This document shows positions 40,354-52,791 of a stretch of DNA of 57,598 bases, in pieces. Within the stretch, counting starts at the first letter, position 1. Every line of letters begins with the position of its first letter. Made by a program: the position numbers and the translations under genes. This DNA comes from an uncultured Acidimicrobiia bacterium (GTDB lineage: Bacteria; Acidobacteriota; Terriglobia; Versatilivoradales; Versatilivoraceae). The stretch lies in the NCBI GenBank assembly GCA_963786955.1, contig CAWBAT010000001.1:1-57598 (forward strand), in the 5' to 3' direction. The notes under the pieces were generated by a model, which did not search any database, had not been told where the DNA came from, and saw nothing but the letters and a program-made list of their open reading frames with translations.

Positions 40354-41358
40354 CTAACTGGCCAACTCATGAACCAGACGCTCCATAAGAAAGCGGGTGT
40401 CGACACTGGATCGTTTGATCTTGTCATCCACTGTTCCCAACCGATAGAGTGCCTTTTCCAACGTTGCTCTGGAAAAGTTTTTAGACTGAGCAAGCAACTT
40501 TTCGGCTGTCCGAACAGGAAAAATTCCCACTTGCCTTGAAATGAGCTGCGGTGAGAGCTTTCCAGACAATTCCTGCACTTGGAGCATTTGTCGTAATCGA
40601 AGCCCAAACCACCAAAAGGCGAGAAATGATTCCCTGCCCTCGAAAAAGATCTCTCCCACGAGTCTCAACGCCTTTTGCCTGTTTTTCGAGCAAACGGCAT
40701 CCAGAAATTCAAACAGATCGTGATCTCCTGAAAAGCCGGAAGTTGCCTCTACCATGGATAAGGTAATGGGGGCCGATTGGCCCGCATACAATCTGGCCTT
40801 CTCGATCTCCTGAATGATTCTTCCGAGTTCATTTCCTTGCATCTCCATCACGAAATCCAAAGCCTCCGGCTCAACCGAAAAGCCTTCCTTGTTACCCAAC
40901 GAACGCATCCATTCCTTGATGGTTCGTCGATCTGGCGCAGCCAACTCAACAACCTTGGTCAAAGTCGACAAATTTTCATAGATCTTCTTCTTCCTCTGGT
41001 CTCGATCGAGTTCACCCGCATAGAAGATGAGCGTAGCCGTTGGATTGGGATTTGAGAGGTAATCAGCTAGCTTCTTGCAGGGTGTGTCGCGGAGCTTCAT
41101 CACACCTCTGACCTGCACGATCTGATGGGAACCGAACAGGGAAAGACTTCTAGCGGCATTCAGAACATCATCAATCGAGGCGTCATCGAGATCCAGCGCC
41201 TCAGTCAACGCACCTCCGCCATGAGCCCTTTCCAGTGCTTGAATCAAGGCGTTGCGCGCAGATTCTAATAAGTAGGGATCGGGGCCAAAGAGAAAATAGT
41301 TGGCATCAAACCGCCCTCTTTGCAGGCTGCGCTCAAAATCGGAATAAGATGTCAGCAT
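40354..41358 (-). CDS. holA: DNA polymerase III delta subunit
   Basis: YFLFGPDPYL, SLSLFG, QEIEKA; leuS-lptE-holA synteny. Confidence 0.9.
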   Translation of the reverse strand: MLTSYSDFERSLQRGRFDANYFLFGPDPYLLESARNALIQALERAHGGGALTEALDLDDASIDDVLNAARSLSLFGSHQIVQVRGVMKLRDTPCKKLADYLSNPNPTATLIFYAGELDRDQRKKKIYENLSTLTKVVELAAPDRRTIKEWMRSLGNKEGFSVEPEALDFVMEMQGNELGRIIQEIEKARLYAGQSAPITLSMVEATSGFSGDHDLFEFLDAVCSKNRQKALRLVGEIFFEGRESFLAFWWFGLRLRQMLQVQELSGKLSPQLISRQVGIFPVRTAEKLLAQSKNFSRATLEKALYRLGTVDDKIKRSSVDTRFLMERLVHELAS

Positions 41359-41369
41359 TGAAATTGATT

Positions 41370-41945
41370 TTAGAATGAATTCAGGATGGTGCTGACCAAA
41401 GATTTTCCGAACGCCACAGCCAGTCGGTCCATGGCAGGTCCTTCCTCTGGGAAAAATGGTCCAGGCTGACTACTAATCTCAAACTCTTCACGAAAAGCAT
41501 AGTTATTGTTTTCGAAAAGAAGCTTATTCGTTTTCAAATCCTTCAATGAAACCTTCATTCGAACAGTGATGGCGTAGGTCGTCGCTCCATTGTTGGAGAA
41601 GATGACCGGGGTGGAACGATATTCGAAGACTTCCCCGGAAAGTAGGGCGTTGGCGGATTCGAGATCCGAGGTGATTTGATAATGGGTCCGCGCAATGAAT
41701 TCGTTTACAACCGCGGAGGTGAGACGCTGTTCGATACTGTACTTGATCGTCTTGTTGACAAAGACAGGGATGGCAATCGAGTGCACGTCCCCCGGAATCG
41801 TGGCCGATTTCCCCGACAAATGGTACCCGCAACCTGAAAAGATGAAGAGAGTCAATGCCAAGAAAAAGAAATGGCGTGAAGAAAGAAAACCCAAAGAACA
41901 CCGTCTGAAATATCTTCTACCTCGCAGTGAGTTCACTAAGTTCAT
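41370..41945 (-). CDS. lptE: LPS assembly lipoprotein LptE
   Basis: Lipobox FSGCGYH, SIAIPVFVNKT; synteny. Start uncertain. Confidence 0.85.
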   Translation of the reverse strand: MNLVNSLRGRRYFRRCSLGFLSSRHFFFLALTLFIFSGCGYHLSGKSATIPGDVHSIAIPVFVNKTIKYSIEQRLTSAVVNEFIARTHYQITSDLESANALLSGEVFEYRSTPVIFSNNGATTYAITVRMKVSLKDLKTNKLLFENNNYAFREEFEISSQPGPFFPEEGPAMDRLAVAFGKSLVSTILNSF

Positions 41946-41997
41946 CAGGCGAACACGTCTCATCATTTTTTGACCTCTTCCCCCAAGACACTTCTCT

Positions 41998-44616
41998 TCA
42001 GACCACAATGTTGACTAGTTTCCCCGCTACATAGATGACTTTTCGCGGCGTGTGACCTTGCAAATGCTTCAGCACCGATTCATTTTCCAGAGCAGCATTT
42101 CTCGCATCTGCTTCTGTCAGGCCAACAGGCATGCTGATGCGCCCCCGGACTTTTCCGTTCACTTGCAGCACCAATGTAATCACTTCATCGGCTGCTAAAG
42201 AAGCGTCATAGGCAGGCCACTCCTGCTGATGAATTGAGTATTTTCTCCCCTGGAGAGCCCAAATTTCTTCAGCCATGAAAGGGGCGATCGGCGCTAAAAG
42301 CAGCAAAAGCGTGTCTTTCGCTTCCTGGAACGCTAAATCATTTACGGGCTGCCGATGAGCCTCATAAATGGCATTGGTAAATTCCATCAATGAGGAAATC
42401 ACCGTGTTGAAGCCGAACCGCTCGATATCCTGTGATACTTTGTGAATGGTCTTATGCGTCCAGCGGCGAAGGCTCTGATCAACGGGTTCCATGCCGGGAT
42501 CTCCGGACGGGCGGGGTGAAGGGTTGACTAGAATTTCCCAGACTCGCTTCAACCATCGGTGAGTCCCGGCCAGTCCATTGGTATTCCAGGGTGTCGCCAT
42601 TTCGAAATCGCTGATAAACATTTCGTAGGCACGCAATGCATCCGCTCCGAATTGTTCAATCATCTCATCGGGAGTGATCACGTTTCCTTTGCTCTTGGAC
42701 ATCTTTTCTTTGCCGTCCGGAGCCAGAATCATCCCTTGGTTGCGCAGGCGTTTAAAAGGTTCGACAAAGGGGACATAATCCAAATCATGCAACACCTTTG
42801 TCCAGAATCGGGCATAGAGTAGGTGCATCACGGCGTGTTCAGCACCTCCGACATACATGTCAACCGGCAACCAATAGGATGTCTTATTTCGATCAAAGGG
42901 GGCCGCCGAATTATTGGGATCCGCAAACCGCAAGAAGTACCAGGAAGAACAGGCGAAGGTGCCCATGGTGTCCGTTTCTCTCCGCCCGGCAGAGCCATCC
43001 GGCAAAGTGCAATTGACAAATTCCGGTATTCCCGCCAAAGGAGATTCGCCTGTTCCGGTCGGTTCGTAGTGTTCCACCTCCGGCAGAAGGACCGGAAGAT
43101 CCTCAAACGGGACAGGGATTTCTTCTTCTTCGTGATAAACGATTGGAATGGGCGTCCCCCAATACCGTTGCCGGCTGATCCCCCAGTCGCGCAATTTGTA
43201 GTTCACTCGCGGCTTTCCCCGCCCAGTTTCTGCGAGCCAGGCAGTCACCCGCCGAACGGCCACATCCGTGGAGGTCCCGTCAAAGTCGCCTGAATGGACC
43301 ATTTGGCCTGCTCCCGTCCATGCTTCCATCATTCTTTCCGATTCTAAGGGATTAGCCCGTTCAGCGAGTTCAGGGTGAATGACGATTCGAATTGTGAGTT
43401 GATAACGCCTGGCAAACTCAAAATCGCGTTGATCGTGGGCAGGGACCGCCATAATGGCCCCGGTTCCATAGCCCATCAAGACATAGTCAGCGACCCAGAT
43501 CGGAATCTTTTCGCCATTGACGGGATTGGTTGCATAAGAGCCCGTGAAGGCTCCCGCTTTTTCTCTACCTTCAGTCGTGCGTTCCGCATCGCTGCACTTC
43601 CTGGCAGCTTCCACATAGGCGCGCACTTCTGATTGATACTCTGCTTTAGTGAGCCGTGTGACAAAAGGGTGCTCCGGAGCAAGAACCATAAAGGTAGCGC
43701 CCCAAAGTGTGTCTGGCCGTGTCGTAAAGATTTTCAAATCCCCGGCGTCGGTTGGAAATTGGACTTCAGCCCCTTCGCTGCGTCCGATCCAGTTTCGCTG
43801 CATCAGCTTGATGTTCTCCGGCCAGTCCAGTTCCGCGAGATCGGCCAGGAGCCGTTCCGCGTAAGCGGTGATCCGGAAATACCACTGTTTCAAAGTCCTT
43901 TTTTCGACCAGCGCTCCGCTCCGCCAGCCCCGGCCGTCAATTACCTCTTCATTCGCCAGCACCGTCTTTTCGACGGGATCCCAATTGACTGTTGAGGAAG
44001 AACGATAGGCGAGCCTAAATTGATTAAGATATTGATGCCGTTTGGGCATCCCCATCAACTGCCACTCGGAGGGCTCCATGGGGGATGCTCCCGGAATCTC
44101 TTGGCTTCCCTTCTCTGAAAGCTCTGCTTCCAGATCCGCGATGGGCCGTGCGGCGTTCGCCCTCGGGTCATACCAGGAATGATAAAGGTGAAGAAAGATC
44201 CACTGAGTCCAGCGGTAGTACTCTGGCGAAGACGAGTTAATCTCTCGGGTCCAATCAAAAGAAATTCCGATGAGCCGAAACTGCCTCTTGTAATTTGCGG
44301 AGTAACGAGCAATGAGTTTGGCAGGATTGGTTTTTAGTTTGATCGCAGCATTTTCAGCAGGCAGTCCAAAAGCATCCCAACCCATGGGATGCAGGACATT
44401 GTATCCCTTCATCCGATAGTAGCGGCTCAAGACATCCGTTGGAACATAATTACGACAATGTCCCACACTGAGACCATCTCCGGAGGGATAAGGGAAAAAA
44501 TCCAAAACATAGGCTTTAGGACGATCGTCGGGAGGCGGGGTCCGGTAAAGCTGATCAGACTCCCACTTCATCGCCCACTTGGGCTCGAATAGCTTGGGAT
44601 GGTAAGGCGTACTCAT
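41998..44616 (-). CDS. leuS: Leucine--tRNA ligase
   Basis: FPYPSG, GWDAFGLPAEN, FTTRPDT, RDWGISRQRYWG, KMSKS. Confidence 0.97.
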   Translation of the reverse strand: MSTPYHPKLFEPKWAMKWESDQLYRTPPPDDRPKAYVLDFFPYPSGDGLSVGHCRNYVPTDVLSRYYRMKGYNVLHPMGWDAFGLPAENAAIKLKTNPAKLIARYSANYKRQFRLIGISFDWTREINSSSPEYYRWTQWIFLHLYHSWYDPRANAARPIADLEAELSEKGSQEIPGASPMEPSEWQLMGMPKRHQYLNQFRLAYRSSSTVNWDPVEKTVLANEEVIDGRGWRSGALVEKRTLKQWYFRITAYAERLLADLAELDWPENIKLMQRNWIGRSEGAEVQFPTDAGDLKIFTTRPDTLWGATFMVLAPEHPFVTRLTKAEYQSEVRAYVEAARKCSDAERTTEGREKAGAFTGSYATNPVNGEKIPIWVADYVLMGYGTGAIMAVPAHDQRDFEFARRYQLTIRIVIHPELAERANPLESERMMEAWTGAGQMVHSGDFDGTSTDVAVRRVTAWLAETGRGKPRVNYKLRDWGISRQRYWGTPIPIVYHEEEEIPVPFEDLPVLLPEVEHYEPTGTGESPLAGIPEFVNCTLPDGSAGRRETDTMGTFACSSWYFLRFADPNNSAAPFDRNKTSYWLPVDMYVGGAEHAVMHLLYARFWTKVLHDLDYVPFVEPFKRLRNQGMILAPDGKEKMSKSKGNVITPDEMIEQFGADALRAYEMFISDFEMATPWNTNGLAGTHRWLKRVWEILVNPSPRPSGDPGMEPVDQSLRRWTHKTIHKVSQDIERFGFNTVISSLMEFTNAIYEAHRQPVNDLAFQEAKDTLLLLLAPIAPFMAEEIWALQGRKYSIHQQEWPAYDASLAADEVITLVLQVNGKVRGRISMPVGLTEADARNAALENESVLKHLQGHTPRKVIYVAGKLVNIVV

Positions 44617-44785
44617 GTCAATCGTCCTTAGGAGAAACCCTTCTTGCCTGGATGCGGGTGCACACACTCAGGCCTCACCCGAAGGAATCCTCGAATCCGG
44701 ACCCGGTCTCTCTGAAACCCTCATCTGGTAAGGGTTTTCGGGAGCCTTGGTCCAAACGTGATCTTAGCAAGCCGCCGCACCAGCG

Positions 44786-45190
44786 TCAAGGGGAATGGGT
44801 TGGTCTGAAGTACGCGTCCGTCGTCGCAAGCGGGGTTGCGAAGCGCACACCAAATCCATCGGGGTCGGAGACAATAAAATCTCTCAACCCGTAAGACCGG
44901 TCCGCAATCGGGCTGATAATTGGGACACCCAGATCTTGAACCTGTTGCCAGTAGAAATCCACATTGGGAACCAGCACGCGAACATTGACCCGCGGCGATT
45001 CGGAAGCTTGAGGCAATCCAGCCTGCTCATCGAGGAAAAAATGGTGATCCTCCCACGACATCTGAGCAAAGTGCCCGTCTCTTCGGTCTATCTTGAATCC
45101 GAGTTGTTCATAGAAGGAAACCGAACGGTTGAGATCCTGCACATACAATTCGATCACCAACTGTCGGTTGGAATCCACAAAATGGGGCAC
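44786..45190 (-). CDS. VOC/glyoxalase family protein
   Basis: LYVQDL.RS..FY..LGF, YGLRDF.V.DPDG. Confidence 0.88.
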   Translation of the reverse strand: MPHFVDSNRQLVIELYVQDLNRSVSFYEQLGFKIDRRDGHFAQMSWEDHHFFLDEQAGLPQASESPRVNVRVLVPNVDFYWQQVQDLGVPIISPIADRSYGLRDFIVSDPDGFGVRFATPLATTDAYFRPTHSP

Positions 45191-45316
45191 GGCAGTTTCA
45201 CTCTAATCCTTTCTTAGCCCGTTTCTCCTGTGTTATACTTTTGCATTTTTCGGGGGGCCGTAACATCGAGTGAGATCGTGAACTCGTGATCGGCCAACCT
45301 GCCAAGAGGAGTCACC

Positions 45317-46243
45317 ATGCCAATCCCGAAGTCTGAGAAGATATGGTTCAATGGATCGTTTGTCAACTGGGACGACGCCAAGATTCACGTGATGTCCCAT
45401 GTTGTCAACTACGGATCATCCGTGTTTGAGGGGATCCGTTGTTACAATACGAAAAAAGGCTCGGCCGTCTTCGGATTGCGTGCACACGTTCAACGATTGC
45501 TGAACTCCGCCAAGATTTACCGGATGGATGTTCCTTACACACTCGAGCAGCTTTCGGCTGCCATTCTGGAAACGATTCGGGTGAACAAAATGAAGGAATG
45601 CTACATTCGACCGGTCATTTTTCGTGGCTATGGCGAAATTGGTGTCAACCCCCTGGGATGCCCATTGGATGCCGTGATTGCAGTTTGGGAATGGGGAAAG
45701 TATCTTGGCAAAGAGGCCTTAGAACAAGGTGTGGATGTTTGTGTTTCTTCATGGAATCGGATCGCGCCCAATACTTTGCCGGCTCTCTCCAAGGCTGGGG
45801 CTAATTATATGAACTCGCAACTGATCAAGATGGAAGCCCTGCTGAATGGATATGCGGAAGGGATCGCCTTGGACAGAGCAGGATATATTAGCGAAGGCAG
45901 CGGGGAAAATATTTTCCTCATCAAAGACGGCGTGGTCTTGACGCCACCCTTATCTTCGTCCGTACTGCCTGGAATCACGCGTCAGGCAGTGATCGACATC
46001 TGCCACGGCCTGGACCTGCAGATTCGTGAACAAGGTATTGCCCGGGAACTCCTTTACCTGGCTGAAGAGGCATTCTTTACGGGAACCGCCGCAGAAGTCA
46101 CTCCCATCCGGAGCGTCGACAAGATTTCGGTTGGAAAAGGAACTCGTGGACCGATTACGGCGACTATTCAGGAAAAGTTCTTTTCTCTTGTCAATGCCGA
46201 AGTCCCCAGCAAGTTAGATTGGCTGAGCTTCGTATATAGCTGA
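45317..46243 (+). CDS. ilvE: Branched-chain amino acid aminotransferase
   Basis: [40 protein letters not shown]. Confidence 0.96.
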   Translation: MPIPKSEKIWFNGSFVNWDDAKIHVMSHVVNYGSSVFEGIRCYNTKKGSAVFGLRAHVQRLLNSAKIYRMDVPYTLEQLSAAILETIRVNKMKECYIRPVIFRGYGEIGVNPLGCPLDAVIAVWEWGKYLGKEALEQGVDVCVSSWNRIAPNTLPALSKAGANYMNSQLIKMEALLNGYAEGIALDRAGYISEGSGENIFLIKDGVVLTPPLSSSVLPGITRQAVIDICHGLDLQIREQGIARELLYLAEEAFFTGTAAEVTPIRSVDKISVGKGTRGPITATIQEKFFSLVNAEVPSKLDWLSFVYS

Positions 46244-46486
46244 ACTCATCTTACCTCAGCCCCATCGGGAAGCCCTATATATAGCTCCGCAGCCCCCAAT
46301 GAAAAGTCTCCCTTGCCCCAACGCGGGAGGGTGGTCCGTGAGGGCCGGGGGACCTCCACTGCTTGGCCCTCCGACAAAGCTCTTTTTCCTCAAGCCCCCG
46401 GATTTGTGTGCCGATAAACTCTTTGGATCTTTTGAACTTGCTGGCCAGGCAAGGTAAAATTCTGGTTAATCACGCGGAGAAAACGC

Positions 46487-47629
46487 ATGAGTCTCAATAT
46501 TGATGACCTGCTCAGGATGGCATGTGATCGAAAAGCCTCGGACCTCCACTTAAAGGTGGGCAACTTTCCCTATGTCCGGGTGAACGGTGAATTGGTTCCA
46601 CTGATCGAGACCAAGCGTCTCACTGCGGAAGATACTCTAGGCATCGCCTTAGGGATGATGTCCAACAAACAGAAACAGAAGTTTAAGGAAAACGCAGAAC
46701 TCGACATGGCGTATGGGATTGCCGGGTTGGGACGATTCCGCTGCAACTTCTTCCAGCAACGCGGAAGCATTGCCATCGTTCTCCGTGTGATTCCGACTCA
46801 TATTTACACAATCGGAGAATTAAACCTCCCGAAGGTATTAGAAAAAGTTTGTCGAGAACGGCGTGGCCTTGTCCTGGTGACTGGAACCACAGGAAGCGGA
46901 AAGTCAACGACTCTGGCCGCCATCATTGATTGCATTAACTCCACCCGAACCGAACATATTATTACGATTGAAGACCCTATCGAATTTTTGCATCGTGACA
47001 AGAAAGCCTTTATAAACCAGAGGGAGGTTGAAGTCGACACGAAAGGCTTTGCAGATGCCTTGCGCAGTGCATTCCGGCAGGATCCCGACGTGATTCTCCT
47101 GGGAGAAATGCGCGACCATGAAACTATCCAGACCGCGCTGGTGGCGGCCGAAACGGGACACCTGGTGCTGAGTACGCTGCATACGCTGGATGCTACCGAA
47201 ACCATTCACCGCATCATCGCTGTTTTTCCGCCTCATCAACAGAAACAGATTCGCCTCCAGCTTGCCAGCGTGATCCGTGCCATCATTTCCATCCGCCTCA
47301 TTCGCAAGGCTGACGGACTCGGCCGCGTTCCAGCCGTTGAAGTTTTACTGGCCACTGAATTCATTCGCGATTGCATCATCAATCAAGACAAAACGCGCAT
47401 GATCCGTGAAGCGATTGCGGCCGGAACCTCGCAATACGGGATGCAAACCTTCGATCAATCGATCTACAATCTTTACATGGAAAAACTGATCAACTATGAT
47501 GAGGGTTTAAAGCAAGCGTCTAATCCAGACGAGTTCAAACTGCGCATTGAAGGAATCCGCTCAACCAGCGATGCCGCCAAAGAGGAGATGGAAAAATCCG
47601 TCAACCAGTTCGAAAGACTGCATAAGTAA
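46487..47629 (+). CDS. pilT: Type IV pilus retraction ATPase PilT/PilU
   Basis: ASDLH, GTTGSGKST, TIEDPIE, RQDPD, GEMRD, TGHLV.STLHT, GMQTFDQ. Confidence 0.93.
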   Translation: MSLNIDDLLRMACDRKASDLHLKVGNFPYVRVNGELVPLIETKRLTAEDTLGIALGMMSNKQKQKFKENAELDMAYGIAGLGRFRCNFFQQRGSIAIVLRVIPTHIYTIGELNLPKVLEKVCRERRGLVLVTGTTGSGKSTTLAAIIDCINSTRTEHIITIEDPIEFLHRDKKAFINQREVEVDTKGFADALRSAFRQDPDVILLGEMRDHETIQTALVAAETGHLVLSTLHTLDATETIHRIIAVFPPHQQKQIRLQLASVIRAIISIRLIRKADGLGRVPAVEVLLATEFIRDCIINQDKTRMIREAIAAGTSQYGMQTFDQSIYNLYMEKLINYDEGLKQASNPDEFKLRIEGIRSTSDAAKEEMEKSVNQFERLHK

Positions 47630-48119
47630 TTTCCCCCCTTCCCAGGATTCTGAAGAAGATCTTTATTTTTTCGCCTTAAAACTTCTCGCACGTCGGCCGT
47701 TTTCGGTCCATGAAATCAGGACTAGATTATCCGAGCGATCCTCAAGCCCCTCCACAATTTCCGCAGTTATTGAAAAGCTTGAATCCAAAGGCTATCTCAA
47801 TGACCGCCAGTACATTGAACTATTTCTACGTTCTCGCGAGAGAAAGGCTGAAGGATACTCTCGCCTGACCAGGGAACTGCGCCTGCGCGGACTCCAGACG
47901 GATTTGATCCGAGAGGTCCTCAAGGATCTCTATCCAGTGGAGCGGGAACGGCGGGCTCTCACTCAAGCGTTTGAAAAGAAAGCACGAACAATCTTGCCTC
48001 CAATGGATGAAAAAAAAATCTCCAGGCTTTATAATCATCTCCTCAGGAAAGGGTTCCGAGATGAGGAAATACGGCGCGAGATCCGGGCCCGATTTGGACG
48101 TCTGAATGATTCTTCCTGA
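47547..48119 (+). CDS. recX: Regulatory protein RecX (start probably ~47620)
   Basis: ALKLLARRPFS..EI..RL, GYLND, L.RKGF; recX-alaS synteny. Confidence 0.82.
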   Translation: MKESAQPAMPPKRRWKNPSTSSKDCISNFPPSQDSEEDLYFFALKLLARRPFSVHEIRTRLSERSSSPSTISAVIEKLESKGYLNDRQYIELFLRSRERKAEGYSRLTRELRLRGLQTDLIREVLKDLYPVERERRALTQAFEKKARTILPPMDEKKISRLYNHLLRKGFRDEEIRREIRARFGRLNDSS

Positions 48120-48155
48120 AGACTTGGGGATGCGGAACCCGATTTTCCTTGGGGT

Positions 48156-48201
48156 TCTTGTTCACCCTGATATGTGACACGCGTTATCAGGGTGAACAAG
48201 A
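48156..48201. repeat. 17-bp perfect inverted repeat upstream of alaS
   Basis: TCTTGTTCACCCTGATA-N12-TATCAGGGTGAACAAGA. Confidence 0.8.
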
Positions 48202-48261
48202 GGCAGCGATCAGTATGGGCTCTCTCCCGGAAGGGAAAATGAGCAACCTAAATCTAATTAA

Positions 48262-50923
<2,662 letters not shown>

Positions 50924-50974
50924 GAATCAATTAGTCTATCGGGACCTCCCCGCTCTATTTTGAAGATTACTGGA

Positions 50975-51127
50975 CTTAGTACTGCTTTTCATAAATACGG
51001 TAACGTTAACGCCGGGTCGGTGACCCGGCCTACAACTTTGTAGGCCGTGGAGGCTTTCTCAAAGCCTCCACCCCACGCGGCGCTTATCTTAAGATACGTC
51101 ACCGCAATTACGAATAGCAGGACTTAG
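50975..51127. mobile_element. MITE-like element copy 2
   Basis: Near-identical to 33041-33192; CTTAG-flanked; inner GCCGGGTCGGTGACCCGGCCTAC / GTAGGCCG.. Confidence 0.8.
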
Positions 51128-51260
51128 TACCCTGGGTTCCTGATAATGCAAGGCAAGCTTTCAGATTAGACTTTTTGACTGCTTTAGGACTCCTTAATAA
51201 TCAGGGATTTACTTTTTGCCTCATGATCTTGAATTATCTTTATATTTTTGATAAGCTTAG

Positions 51261-51977
51261 GTGGAAAGTTTAGGAGGAAGTTTGAGCTTGATTTCAAGAC
51301 TTGGATATACGATCTCATCAGTGCTCTTGATTTTTTCAACAGCGGGAGCCATATTAAGTCAGGAAATCATCAAAGTGCAAACTCCTCAAGGCAGACGAAT
51401 GTACTCCAACACCGAAGAAGTTTACCGATTGCTGCCTAAGAATCTTGAAAAGAGGGTGAATCCGCTGCTTTTAACGTCCAAAGACGATAGTGAGCCAAGC
51501 CCAAAGCTCAAAGAACTGATTCACAAAGTTTCTGAACAGCATGGTGTCGACCCTGAACTTGTTCAGGCTGTCGCAAAAGCGGAGTCAAATTTCAATCCTT
51601 ACGCAGTTTCATCCCGTGGAGCTCTTGGTGTCATGCAGCTCGTCCCTGAAACCGCAAAGCGCTTTGGAGTGGTCAATATTTTTGATGCGGAAGAAAACAT
51701 CCAGGGGGGGGTAAAATTTCTGAAGTTCCTTTTGGGGATGTTTCCTGACAATCTTTCTCATGTATTAGCGGCATATAACGCCGGGGAAAATGCGGTAGTA
51801 AGATACAAAGGTATTCCCCCTTATCCTGAAACCCAGGATTACGTTAAGAGAATCACAAAACTCTACAAGAAAAGGAGTAACTTCTTAATCGCTTCTAATT
51901 CTCTTCCCGGTGAGGGCGATAAGAAAATCATTAGTTATCGAGACGGCTCGGGCAAGAGTCATTTTTTCGAACCTTGA
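51261..51977 (+). CDS. Lytic transglycosylase (SLT domain)
   Basis: AESNFNP.AVS..GALGVMQL.P.TA, AAYNAG, ETQDYV. Confidence 0.92.
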   Translation: MESLGGSLSLISRLGYTISSVLLIFSTAGAILSQEIIKVQTPQGRRMYSNTEEVYRLLPKNLEKRVNPLLLTSKDDSEPSPKLKELIHKVSEQHGVDPELVQAVAKAESNFNPYAVSSRGALGVMQLVPETAKRFGVVNIFDAEENIQGGVKFLKFLLGMFPDNLSHVLAAYNAGENAVVRYKGIPPYPETQDYVKRITKLYKKRSNFLIASNSLPGEGDKKIISYRDGSGKSHFFEP

Positions 51978-52024
51978 GTCGGAATATCGATAATTCTTCT
52001 TAGCAATCAAGTTTCGCTACTTCG

Positions 52025-52756
52025 ATGTTCAAAAGTAGAATCCATCGCTGGATATTTCGAATGAAGAGGTTCAATTTAACGATTGAACGTCTGCTCCGAG
52101 TCCGCTCTGCATCAAGTCTGATTCTTTTCCTTGTTGTTCTTCTCCCTGGCCGCCCAGTATCCTGGGCTTCTACTTCGAAAGCAAATAACCCTGCAGCCAT
52201 TCAGATTTTTGACCAAGCCGTCGAGCTACGAACTGCCCTTGAGGGGAAACCAGCTAGTTCCCGGATTCTCGGCGATTACAAAAAAGTAATCAGCAAGTAT
52301 CGATCCGTTTACTACCAGTACCCGGGCTCTGCAAAAGCTGACGATGCCCTCATCGCAGTGGCTGAGCTTTATCAGTTGATGGCGAACGATCAAAAGGATC
52401 CCAGCTATTTTGAACACGCGATTAAGGCCTATAAATTCCTTATAAAGGAATATCCGGGGAGCCCATACCGTGCCGAGGCTCTTTATGCAATCGGGGAAAT
52501 TTATTTGAATGACCTTCGAGATCCGACGGATGCCCAGGATATCTTCAAAGAATTTATCTCCAAGTATCCTCATTCAAGCAAGGCTAGGAATGCGAAAGCG
52601 CGCCTCGACGATTTGCGCGCTGAAATGAAGCAGACGAAGAAACCGCTTGTCAAATCAGCTTCTAGCAGTGTAAATCCTGTCGAAAATACTGACTTGGCGG
52701 CTCGTTCCTCCGGGACGACTCCCCCTGAAAAGAACTTAGCGACTAAAGAAGCGTAA
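52025..52756 (+). CDS. TPR/BamD-like protein, probably the N-terminal part of the amidase
   Basis: Signal peptide; YPGS..A..AL TPR repeats. Confidence 0.75.
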   Translation: MFKSRIHRWIFRMKRFNLTIERLLRVRSASSLILFLVVLLPGRPVSWASTSKANNPAAIQIFDQAVELRTALEGKPASSRILGDYKKVISKYRSVYYQYPGSAKADDALIAVAELYQLMANDQKDPSYFEHAIKAYKFLIKEYPGSPYRAEALYAIGEIYLNDLRDPTDAQDIFKEFISKYPHSSKARNAKARLDDLRAEMKQTKKPLVKSASSSVNPVENTDLAARSSGTTPPEKNLATKEA

Positions 52757-52791
52757 TAAGAAATTTTTAGAGAGTCGCGAAGGCGCAGGAT

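Noticed and set aside
44620-44785. T-box or attenuator upstream of leuS
   Set aside because: No T-box consensus; only a generic hairpin.
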